This document shows, piece by piece, positions 24,751-36,169 of a stretch of DNA of 64,000 nucleotides. Where the stretch lies: NCBI GenBank assembly GCA_965112735.1, contig OZ218954.1, positions 3,038,001 to 3,102,000 on the forward strand, read 5' to 3'. A model generated the notes under the pieces. The model saw only the letters and a list, made by a program, of their open reading frames with translations. It searched no databases and was not told the DNA's origin. Source of the stretch: Phaeosaccion multiseriatum (taxonomy: Eukaryota; Protista; Ochrophyta, other classes). How positions within the stretch are numbered: position 1 is the stretch's first letter; each line of letters starts with the position of its first letter. The position numbers and the translations under genes are program-made.

Positions 24751-24853
24751 CGGGCTATAGGCCGCCTAGGGCTGAAAAGTGAGCGGCCTAGAGCCTAGGC
24801 CGCTAGGCGTGCACGGGGGCGAAGCTCGGGTGGGAGGGAGAAGGTTACAGTGT

Positions 24854-25030
24854 GCGCCGGCAAACATCAATAATCAGGCCGGCTAGCGCCGGTCATAATC
24901 AGTAATCAGGCCGGCTGGTCATAATCAGTAATCAGACCCGGCTGGCAAATTAGTAATTGCTTAGCCAGGCCCGGCTGGCGCCATAATCATTAATCAGGCC
25001 GGCTGCGCCGGCCGTAATCAGTAATCAGAT
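24854..25030. repeat. Degenerate array of taatcag/gccggctg units
   Basis: About 6 units of ataatcagtaatcaggccggctg-like sequence. Confidence 0.75.
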
Positions 25031-25087
25031 AACCTTGTCCAGGGCCGATCTTGACTTCCTCCCCCCTGGTGTTTCCTGTTTCCAAAG

Positions 25088-25165
25088 TCGACCCTTTGAT
25101 GACTAAACGCACTATCGCCCACATTCTCGATAGCGGATAGCGGAAAGTGCGTCAGCAGGGGTTGA
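25088..25165. mobile_element. 78 bp mini-MITE of the TCGACCCCTG family with 6 bp TSD CCAAAG
   Basis: Termini tcgaccctttg...caggggttga; CCAAAG at 25082-25087 and 25166-25171; internal cacattctcgatagcg is the reverse complement of a segment of the 23713 element. Confidence 0.75.
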
Positions 25166-25284
25166 CCAAAGGTGGACGGACACCTAGAAACCTGTCCGCG
25201 GCCGAAAGAGTGAAGAAGAAGGAAATATAAGGAGAGGGAGAGGCATGTCATGCTGCCTGGGGCTTTACAAAGAGAGGAAGGAAG

Positions 25285-25439
25285 TGGGCCCCCGACAAGG
25301 TTCTGAGGCAAGAAGAACCTGGAACCTGGCCCGCTGGCGAGGCTTGGCAGAGCAGCCTTGGCCCTCATCATTGCCTTATTACATGGCTTTCCCCCAGAAC
25401 CTGGAACCTGGGTCGCCACAGAACCTTGTCAGGGGCCGA
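25285..25439. mobile_element. 155 bp MITE with ~25 bp imperfect TIR and 7 bp TSD AAGGAAG
   Basis: tgggcccccgacaaggttctgaggc versus the reverse complement of gccacagaaccttgtcaggggccga; AAGGAAG at 25278-25284 and 25440-25446. Confidence 0.7.
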
Positions 25440-25727
25440 AAGGAAGCACGAATCCACACAAGTACGCGAGTGTGGCAGCAGGTAGCTACGCGTCTCAAGC
25501 TGCTGCATCCTCCTTTCATGAGCGGCCACACCAGAACAACACAGGGCAGCTCGTTCAACCAGGCACACGCCGAACGAGCAGCAAAGGAGTAGCCAAGTTG
25601 GTGTGACGGCGTGCATACACCCATCACGTGCAACTAACTCCCTTTAGGAAGTCAGGACCTTGAAGAACTTGCCCTCGTCTGCGAGCAGGAACTTGAACAG
25701 GTTGCCCTCGTCTGCCAGCCGGCAGAG

Positions 25728-25847
<120 letters not shown>

Positions 25848-26765
25848 CCGCTTCGCATAGCTTCTCCACGGCCGCCTCCTCTCTACCCGTCACCACCACC
25901 ACCTCCTCTCTGCCCGTCACCACCAATCGCGTGGATATGGCCCAGTCAGAGCCTCTGCCCGCCACCGATAACACCATCCCGAAGCCGCGCCTACCTCCTA
26001 CCAACCCGACCAACCCCACCAAGGATGAGACAGGAATCGCGTCGGAGGGAGAAGTTCGAGCACGCATTTGCTCATCTCCGTTGCGAAGTTGCAACCCAGC
26101 CCAGTCCCCACTGCCCCTCCCCAGCGTGTTGGTGTATCACCAACTGCTGCTGCTGCTGGTGCTCCACTAGGTCCTAGGTCCAGGCCCGGTTAACCTCAAC
26201 GTGTCCTACTCTCCTTGACTTGAGGCGGACTTTGCCCCATTAGCTCTGCCACTTGGTCGTCTCTCTCGCCCAGCCTGGTACTCAGCCTGGTAGTAAACTA
26301 CTAACCTGACACCTAGCACCGAGTAGTTGGGGCCATGCCACATCTCCCTCTCGCAGAGGAAGCCTGGCCCCTTCCGTTCGGTCACTTCTTCGCTGCAGCC
26401 GAGCCTCGCGAGACCTTCTGCCTTCTTGTCGCCAAGTAACGCTTCTCTCCCTGTCCCACCTTCTCCATCAGCGCCTCTTGTCTTCCGTTCAATCTCTCAA
26501 CCCCTCAACCCCTCAGCCTCTCTCCTCCCCTCCCTCAACGCCGCCTTTAGCTGCAGTCTCCCTGCCTGAACGCCCTGTCGCGCGTAGTCGCTACCGCCGC
26601 GCCTCGGTTCCCCCGTTCTCGTGCCACCGTAAGAGAAGGGGGGGGAGGTGATTACTCTTTACATTGACTCACAGTTTTTACTCTTAGGCAGCCCAGATGG
26701 CATCATAAGGGGATCAGGGAAGAAGGGAGAAAGAGGGAAAAAGGAAATAGAAGAAGCCGGAGAGG

Positions 26766-29700
26766 ATGGCGACAACGGTTCTGAAGTCGCCCTACCTCCC
26801 GGCGGTCAAGGCTTTGCTCTCCATTCAGGCAGAGGTGCAGCAGCAAGAAGGAGGAGCGGAGAATCAGAACAGGGCACCGAGCAGCAGCAGCAACGCGGCT
26901 AGCGATGGCATCACCAGTAGGATTAGCTCCAAGATGCCGGCGTCCCATCAGCCTCCGCCCACGGAAATTGAGTATATTGCCGCGCAGAACAATACCCTGT
27001 TGCAATACGTGGACCACACCGCCTTTTCAACAGAACACGGCGCCAACATTGAGTCCATCGGGGAGCTGGAGAAAGTGGTGGAGCTGGGCCAGCGCCACCT
27101 CCACACGCTGTACACCTACCGCAGTGTGGCCGGGGCCATCCCCCGGTCCTCTCTGGAGCACCAGCAGGAGCTGAACATGGCAGCGTGGACAGTGCTAAGA
27201 CAGGAGATGCAAAAGATGGTGGACCTCATGACCTATTACAAGGCGGCGGTGGACGTGTTTGCAAAGCTCGTGTCCAGCCTGGTGGAACAGGGCCGCAGGA
27301 AAAATGTCGTGCCGGCGGAGGTGTACCACTGCATGGTGGGGGTGGTGGACACACTGCAGAGGTGAGAGAGAGAAAGCCTTGAGACAATGGAGGTATAAGC
27401 AAATTCTCACCTTCAAGTAGCTACTACATCCCCTCCCCCCCCGACTCTTCTAGACCTTTAGGGACGCCAGCCCTTCCTCAATTCCCTTCTTGCACTTCGA
27501 ACAACGCCTCCGCTCCCTCGAACTGACCCCAACCCCCCCCCCCCCCGCCCCTCCCTCCCTCCCTCCCCCTCTATGGTGGATAGGCTAGACCATGTGAAGG
27601 ACCACAAGTCGTGCTTTGTCGACGACTTGACGTGCTACACCCGGCTCTGTGACGCCCTGTACCCGGACGATGAGGCCTTGCGCAAGGAGCAGCAGGGCCT
27701 TCAGCTCTTCCTGGACAATCCCTCCTACAGAAGGTCAGAGTGAGAGAGGGAGAGGGAGAGGGAAGGATCAGCATCACGTTGATGCTCAGAGCCACACACG
27801 CACAGAGAGAGAGAGAGCGGGGGAGAGAGGGGGAGAGAGGGGGAGAGAGACTGTTGAGACCCAGACCCAGCTCCAGTCCCACCCTCCAAAGGACGAAATC
27901 CTGGCTTTGTGCTGTCCCTCTCCTCTTAAGGTATGGTGACGATGTTCCTCTCATGAGTGATGCCCCCCCCTCCTCCTCCTCCTCCTCCTCCTCCTCCCCC
28001 TCCTCCTCCTCCCCTCCTCCTCCCCCGCTCCCCCCCCCCCTCCTCCGCACCCCATACGGCTGGGTCCCCTGTCATCACTTCTTGTCACTTGTCGTCGACC
28101 GGTCACACATGACACTGGCACTGCGTACTGACTGGCAGTGGAGGCTTGATTTTCTCCTCCCTTCGAGGCTCCGTCAAGGCGGTACGTGGGCATGAGGAGG
28201 TGCTCAGTCGAATGCTCGTCCTCGCTGTCGAGTGGCTGGAGGCGGACAGGTGCATAGAGCCAGAGGAGCGCTTTCAGTTGCTGAGGGCCCTCCCCCACCT
28301 GCTGCTGATCCTCGACGGAGCCAGCGCAGGCAGCGTAGATTTGGACTACAATGTGTTTAAGGTGAGTGTGTGGTAAGTCAATGGCTGCAGTATGGAAGTC
28401 AATGTATGTGTGTGTGTGCGTCTGTGTGTGAGAGATGGAGAAAGAACTAGGAAAAGTGTGTGTGTCCGCGTGTGTCTGTCTCTGTGTGAGAGAGATAAGA
28501 GTGAGAGAAAGATTTTCACCCTTCGGCCGATGCTGCTACTGCCCTCTGTTGCCGTCTCTGCCGGCCTCCTCCTCCTCTCCTCCTCCTCCTCTCCTCCTCC
28601 TCCTCTCCTCCTCCTCCTCCTGCTCCTCCTCCTCCTCCTCCTCCTCCTCCTCCTCCTCCTCCTCCTCCTCCTCCTCCTCCTCCTCCTCCTCCTCCTCCTC
28701 CTCCTCCTCCTTCTCTCCTGTCCTTCTCCTCCTCCTCCTCCTGCTCCTCCTCTTCCTCCTCCTGCTCCTCCTCCTCCTCCTCCTCCTGCTCCTCCTCTTC
28801 CTCCTCCTGCTCCTCCTCCTCCTCCTCCTCCTCCATCGCAGACGAGAAAGATCAAGATTAGCCATGTGCAGACCTTCTGCAAGCGCTACCCCTTGGTGCC
28901 GCTGTACGGAGACATGGTGTTGAACCTCGGAACAGTACTCAAGAAGTGTCCTCACTTCGAGCAAGAATATATCAAGGAATACGGCATACTCTCTTCCATC
29001 GGGCCAGGGGGAGGAGGAGGAGGAGGAGGAGGAGGAGGAGGAGGAGGGATCGGCGGCAGCGGTTCAGGCGCCGCCACTGGTACCGGCGGCGAGGGCGGTG
29101 CAGGAGGGGAAGGAGGTACAACAGAAGGCGGCAAGATGGCACTGGATACCAGCTACTCTATTGTTACCCACGTGTCCAGGATTCGCTCTGAGTTTCAGGA
29201 CATTTCGGCGCTGCTCGGCAATGCCCTCAACACTCTGGGGGACCCTTGGAAGGCGAAGGAGGGGGACAAATTGGCATCGGCAGGGTCGTCAGGCGTGGTG
29301 TCTCGGTTGGTGCTCCAGGCGCTGAGGTACATGGGCCAGTGGAGCCAGCAACTGCTGCAGGTGAGGGGGGGGCGTGGAGGAGGAGCGAGAGAGCGAGGGA
29401 GAAAGAGGGAGCGGAACAGCGGGAGAGCCATGGCGAGGGAGAGCGAGAGAGTGAGGGATAGATAGAGGGGAAGAGCGGGAGATAGAGGGGAAGAGTTGGC
29501 GCGAGAGAGAGTGAGAGTGAGTGAGAATGAGTGAGAGAGAGGAAGAGTGGGAGAGAGCGACAGAGCGAGAGAGCGACAGAGCGAGAGAGATCCTGACACC
29601 CATGACCCCCGCTCCCCCCTTTGTGTCCAGGTGTCGGCGTGGAAGCTTACGTTCCCCGTCAGTCAGGAGACATTCCTCAGCAGGGGGGGCGATCCGAAGA

Positions 29701-32700
29701 GCGAGAGGTGCGTGAGAGGGGTTGGGGGGGGGGGGGGGGGGGGGGGCAGAGAAGGAGAGAGAGAGAGGGAGAAGGAGGGAGGGAGGGAGGGAGAGGGAGA
29801 GAGAGACAGAGAGAGAGGAAAGAGGGAGAAGGAGAGAGGGAGAGGGAGAGAGACACAGAGAGAGAGGGAGAAGGAGAGAGCGAGGGAGAGGGAGAGAGAT
29901 ACGAGAGATACGAGAGGGAGAAGGAGATAGGAGAGAGGGACAGAGAGGGAGGTGTGTGAGAGGTGCATGAAGAAGGGCTGGGGGAGGGTAGAGAAGAAGA
30001 TGATGAGAGCGAAAGGGGGGCAAGGGGAGGCAGAGAGAGGACAGAGAGAGAGATACAGAGGGGACTGAGAGAGATACGGAGACATCCTATCACCCACGCA
30101 CTCTGTAGTCCTGACACCTAACACCCTCCCTCTATCCTGACACCTAACACCCTCCCTCTGTCCTAACACCACCCAGCGCTTTATACGAGCGGCACGTGCG
30201 CTTCAATTACACCGCGGAGGAGCTTGACGCCTTCGTGGAGGTGCTGGCCATGCTCAAGGGCCTCGGTAAGTCAGTGGGCGGCTTCGGGGGAAGGGTAGGG
30301 TAGGGCAGGGTAGGGTACCGATTTTTGGGTGTGGGATGGGTTATGGCAGGTGGGGTACGTACCTAGGCTGGACACCATTCCGATACCATTCCGATACCAT
30401 TCCGACACCATTCCGATACCATTCAGGAGCTTGGCTTTGTCGAGTTGGGGGGTAGGGTCGGACTTTTCCCTCCCCCCTCCTCCCCTCCCCCTCTCTCTCA
30501 CCCGCCTCCTGCTGGTCCTCCTCCTCTTCCTCCTCCTCCTCCTCCTCCTCCTCCTCCTCCTCCTCCTCCTCCTCCTCCTCCTCCCCCTTCGTCCCTCCCC
30601 CCGCCTCCCTCCCCCGCCGCATCCTCCCCCTTCCTCCTCCCTCCCCTCCTCTCTGTCGCCCTCCCTCTTCCCCCTCTCCCACCCTCCTTCTCCACTCCCC
30701 CCCGCAGGTGCCACTCTGAGTGCAGCCGAGAGTGTAATTGCTCCTCTGGCTCGGCAGTGGGTACACGCCTCTGTGCAGCAGCTTGTTATGGGCGACCTCG
30801 TTCCTGTCCTGCATAGGGCGGATAAGCACAATAAGAAGGTAGGGGGTGTCAGGACAGGGGGTGGGTGAGTGGGTGTCAGGACAGGGAGTGGGTGGGGTGG
30901 GCAAATGGTTGGATGGGTGGAAATGCTGTGCCCCGCCCCACATGCCTGATATTCCTCTCGTCCCTCCTCCTCGCCCTCCTCCTCCTCCTCCTCGCCCTCC
31001 TCCTCGCCCTCCTCCTCCTCCTCGCCCTCCTCCTCCTCCTCCTCCTCCTCCACCTCCTCCCCCTCCTCCTCCTCCCCCTCCTCCTCCTCCTCCTCCTCCT
31101 CCTCCTCTCCTCTGGCATCTAAGGGAAGCACGGCTACGGCAAGGCTGCTGCAGCTCAGAGCCATGGTTGCTGACTGGCCGGGGGGGGAGGAGAAGTCCAC
31201 AGACTACAAGGTGGGTGGGTGTTGGTGATACACAAGTGGGTGTGTTGGTGATACAGGGGTGGATGGGTGGGTGGAAAGGGCGGGTGTGTAAGCCATTTGT
31301 AGGGAGCGAGACGCAGATGCATTACATGTTTTTCGTTGCACCACCTCCACCCACTCACCATTAATGCACCCCAAACACACACACACACAACCCTCACCCC
31401 CTTCCAGGTGTACAAACGTGTGCTGGGTCGAGTGGACGCCGTCTTCGACTCCCGTGTAGCCGGTGTAACGTACACGCAGCTGCAGCTACTCAGGGCAGCC
31501 GTGCGCTCTGTCTACCACGAGGTAGGAGGGGAGGGAGGGAGGGAGGGAGGGAGGGAGAGAGGAAGAAAGGAAGAAAGGGAAGGAAGGGAAGGAAGGCAAG
31601 GCTCACCCACTCATCCACCCCTCACCCCACCCACTCACCCATCTCAGAACTCCGAGCTTCGGCAGGGAGGCACGGGGCTGTTCGGCAAAGACAATCTCAA
31701 GAAGGAGGACATGGAGGAGCTGCAGACTTTCTATCAAGCCTCCTTCGGTTTCCCCTACCTCATGGACATTACTGTGAGTTGAAGTTGAAGTTGAAGTTGA
31801 AGTTGGAGGTGGCGCTTGGGTGTGTGTCTCGTGTCACCCATCCCGGCAGCCTAGCACGCTATACTCTACTCTCTCACCCCCCTCTCTCCCTCCTTCCCTC
31901 TCTCTCTCTCTCCTTCTCTCCATGCCCCACCCTCTCTCTATCTCTCTCTCTCTCTCTCTCTCTCGACACAGGGTACTATCCGCCGCTGCTCCGACCTGGG
32001 GTCCCTCTGGTACAGAGAAGCCTTCTTGCAGCGCACAGGCTGTGCCCAATTCTCCATCGACACCTCCTTCCCCTGGGTGGTGACGCAACACGTCATCAAC
32101 ACCAAGGGATCGCTAATTGCGGGGAGGGAGAGAGGGGATGTGGAGCTGCTGAACGATAACACAGCGTTGGGCAAAAAGAAGAAGAAGAGCAGGAAGAAGA
32201 AGAAGCAGAACAGGGGACAGGTGAGAAGGGATGAGCATATTTGTGTGGGAGCGTGGGAGCGTGGGTGGGTGGGTGGGTGGATGCGTGCGTGGGTGGGCGG
32301 ATGGGTGGATGCGTGAGTGGGGTGGGTGGATGCACCCAATATCCATCTGCCTGCCCATCTTCTTGCAGTATGCCTGCCTATACCCATATCCTACACCCAA
32401 TTCCCATATGCCTGCCCACCTGCTTGCCCATATGCCTGCCAATGCACCCCCCCCCCCCCTTAACAGGCGGACGGCAAGGTGCTGGTGAAGGAGGTGCTGT
32501 GGGCCCTGGACCTCTACAACGACGCCGCTCACAGGGCCCTCTACAAGTGAGCGAGTTGGTGATACGATGCTCACAGTATCCAGCTGCAAACTGAAACTAC
32601 TACTGCAAAGCTGGCACTGCATACTTGAAGTGCAACTGACACTGACCTGTTTACCTCTACACGTCCCCCTCCCTCCCTCCCTCCTCCACTACAGCCTCAA

Positions 32701-33833
32701 CTGCCAGTTCCTGTTTACAGAGGTACAAGCAGAGGTCCAGCTGGCATTCGAGCAGCTCGTTTGTCTGCTCAGGGAGGAGGCATATGGGCATTACAAGGAC
32801 TGGGCAGCCTCCACAGTGCTGGACAAGGTGAGAGGCTTAACTAAGTGAACGTGTTGGTCATACAGGGAGAGAGAGATGGAATGGTGGGATGAATAGATGG
32901 ATAGGCAGATTGGATGGCAAAACAAGGCGTTGGTTGGTTGGTAGGCTGATTGGTTGGGGAGGTGGTCAGTTGGTCGGCGGTTGGTTGGTTTGTCGGCTGG
33001 TTAAAGAGACAGGCAGACAGCAGACAGCTCCATGCATGTAAAAGATGACTTGCACTCTTAACCCAAAAGGTTATAAAACCCCTGCCCATATGCCCCATAT
33101 GTCTTCCCATATGCCTGCCTCATGTGTCTGTGCTGTGTATATCCTCCTCCCCCTTCTCCTCCCATGCCCTCCCTCTCCCCCTCCCCTCTAATACCCATAT
33201 GATCCCACATATCATCCCATGTATGATCCCCCCCGAACAGGGCTTCAAGGAGGTCATCGAGGCTAAGCGAGGATGGGGGTGGTACACGCCCGGCAGCAGG
33301 CCCTACGACGCTCTCATCTGCCAGACAAACTTCCAGCTGCTGGGCAGGAAAGTCAACCTACGCAGGCTCTTCAGCGAGGACATTAGCGCCAAGGTTAGTA
33401 AGTCAGTGGGCGGGTGAGAGTATGTCAGTGTTTTGTTGAGTGGGTCGGGTGCGGTGGGGTGAGTGAGGTGAGTGAAGTGGGTGAGTGAGGTGGGTGAGTG
33501 AGGTGAGTGAAGTGGGTGAGTGAAGTGGGTGAGTGAGGTGAGTGAAGTGGGTGAGTGAAGTGGGTGAGTGAAGTGAGTGAAGTGGGTGAGTGAAGTGGGT
33601 GAGTGAAGTGGGTGAGTGAAGTGGGTGAGTGAAGTGGGTGAGTGAAGTGGGTGAGTGAGGTGAGTGAAGTGGGTGAGTGAAGTGGGTGAGTGAGGTGAGT
33701 GGGGAGGCTGGGGTTGTGGGTTGGTGGGTGGGTGTGGGTTTTTGTGTCTACGTTTTTGAACATTTTGCCTCACCCCCACGCACCTACCCACCCACTAACA
33801 CACACACACACACGCACACACACACGCACACCC

Positions 33834-33875
<42 letters not shown>

Positions 33876-33880
33876 ACACA

Positions 33881-33912
<32 letters not shown>

Positions 33913-36132
33913 GGTGCGGAGAGACCTGGAGGCAGCGGTGAAGGCCTTTGAGACAGGAAGCTTGACCGGCCTTGTGCAGTTCGAGCAGACTGTGCAAGTC
34001 ATCAAGAAGACTTACGGCATGCTCCGGTCAGTAAGAGGGAGGGAGGCAAGGGGAGGGGAGGGGAGGGGAGAGGAGAGGAGAGGAGGGGAGGGGAGGGGAG
34101 GGGAGGGGAGGGGAGGGGAGGGGAGGGGAGGGGAGGGGAGGGGAGGGGAGGGGAGGGGAGGGAAGGGGAGGGGAGGGACGGAGAGAAGGGAGGGGGAGGG
34201 GGAGGGGGAGGGAGGGGAAGGGAGGGAGGAGGGGAGAGAGAGGCATAAACTTCCCCGTTTTTCACATCCTGTTCTCATCGTTTCTTTCGCGTGTGCTGCC
34301 CTCCCTTCCTCCCTGCTTCCCTCCCTCCCTCCCTCCCTGCCTCCCTGCCTCCCTCCCACCCCACCCCTCCTCTCCCCTTGCCATATGTCTCCAACCAAAC
34401 AACCAACCAACCAACCAACCAACCAACCAACCAACAACTTCAGAGGGGCCGGATGCTGTGTGGACGAGGGCAGTTGGGAATTCCTCTATGGAGCGGTGCT
34501 GGCGGAGGAGGCAGGCGGGCAGGGGGAGGGGAGGGTGGTGCAGCGAGTGGTGCACCTGCTCAAGCAAGAGGTGCTCGCTAACATGCGCTACTGCAGCATC
34601 ACCTCGCGCTTCGTGTCCTCCACATACACGGTGTGTTTACAGATGGCGGTGGGTGGGTGGGTGGGATGAGGGGTTGGGTGGGGTGGTGGTGTGAGATTTT
34701 TGTGTGTGTCATGAAACATGAATCCATTTGTTTACTGACCTGTTTCACTGGAAGTTCAGTTCAGGCGGTGGTTGCTAGTACAGGGTCCCCACTAAGTCAC
34801 TGAATCACCGAACCACCCAAGCACTGAACCACTGGCTGAACACTCAAGTCGCTATGTACATATCTGTATGAATTGCTGAATCACTCATCTCCTATCCCCC
34901 CCCCCTCCCTCCACTCACCCACACACGCGTGCACACACACGACACGCACGCACACACGACACGCACGCACACACACACGCGCACATGCACACGCATACAC
35001 ACACGCACACATACGCACGCATACACACACGCATACATACACATACACACACGCGCACGCATACACATACATACACACACGCATACGCGCACACACACAA
35101 ACGCACACATGCATACACACACACACACACACGCACGCATACACACCCATACACACACGCATACACACACGCACACACACATACGCGCACACACACAAAC
35201 GCACACATGCATACACACACGCACACACACATACACACACGCGCACGCATACACACACGCACACACACACGCACACGCACACACGCACACACACACCCAC
35301 ACAACAACCCCACACATAACACACACACACACACACGCACACGCACACGCACACGCACACACACACACGCACACACACACACGCACACGCACACACACAC
35401 ACACACGCACACACACACACGCACACGCAGGCGAAAGACCTGGACGTGTCTCACACCCCCCCCGCTGCTCAGGACGATAACTTCGGGGCCGGGAGGATGT
35501 GCCGCAAAGCCTTCGAGCAGGTGGGTGGGGGTGGGGGTGGGGGCGGGCAGAGAGGGAGAGAGGAGAGGGAGAGAGAGAGAGGGTGAGGGCGAGGGTGAGG
35601 GTGGGGTGGGGTGAGTGTGGGGGTGGCGGAGAGGGAGAGAGAGAGGGTGAGGGTGAGGGTGGGTGGATGGGAGGAGAGAGGGGGAGGGAGAGAAAGTGTG
35701 GGTAGGAGGAGAGAGAAAAGGGGATAGAGAGGGAGGGAGAGAGAGGGAGGGAGAGAGAGCTACGATGGTGTGGTTGCTTTCTTTCTCCTCCCTCGCAGAA
35801 ACCCGAATATCTCCTCTTACGCGTCTGTATACTCACTCAGCTTGTCTTCCCTCTCTCCCTCCCTTCACTCTCTCAGGCTTGGCTGGTGGGCGAGCTGTTC
35901 ATCGGTCGTCCCCACTTGGAGGCCCTCGTGCGTTTGCTTGACAATGGGGAGCTTTCCTTCGTAATCGAGAGCATCACGCAGAGGATAGAAGTCCTGCTCG
36001 ACAACCTTGCCGTGAGTGGTGCAGGAGCAGGAGGGGGGAGGAGGAGGAGGAGGAGGAGGAGGAGGAGGAGGAGGAGGGAGTTTGAGGGGTTGACCTCTTG
36101 GATGAATAACACACCGGCCCCCCTCCCTTGGG

Positions 36133-36169
<37 letters not shown>

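Larger units (their letters stand above)
23564..24822. mobile_element. Non-autonomous TIR element (outer) with 30 bp perfect terminal inverted repeats and subterminal GGCCTA repeats
   Basis: 23564-23593 tcgcccccgtgcacgcctagcggcctaggc is the exact reverse complement of 24793-24822. No transposase ORF. Confidence 0.8.

Noticed and set aside
34873-35836. Long His/Thr- or Cys/Val-rich ORFs (also at 5.2, 9.7, 33.8 and 51.4 kb) suggesting metallothionein-like proteins
   Set aside because: These are translations of intronic (CA)n/(GT)n repeats.
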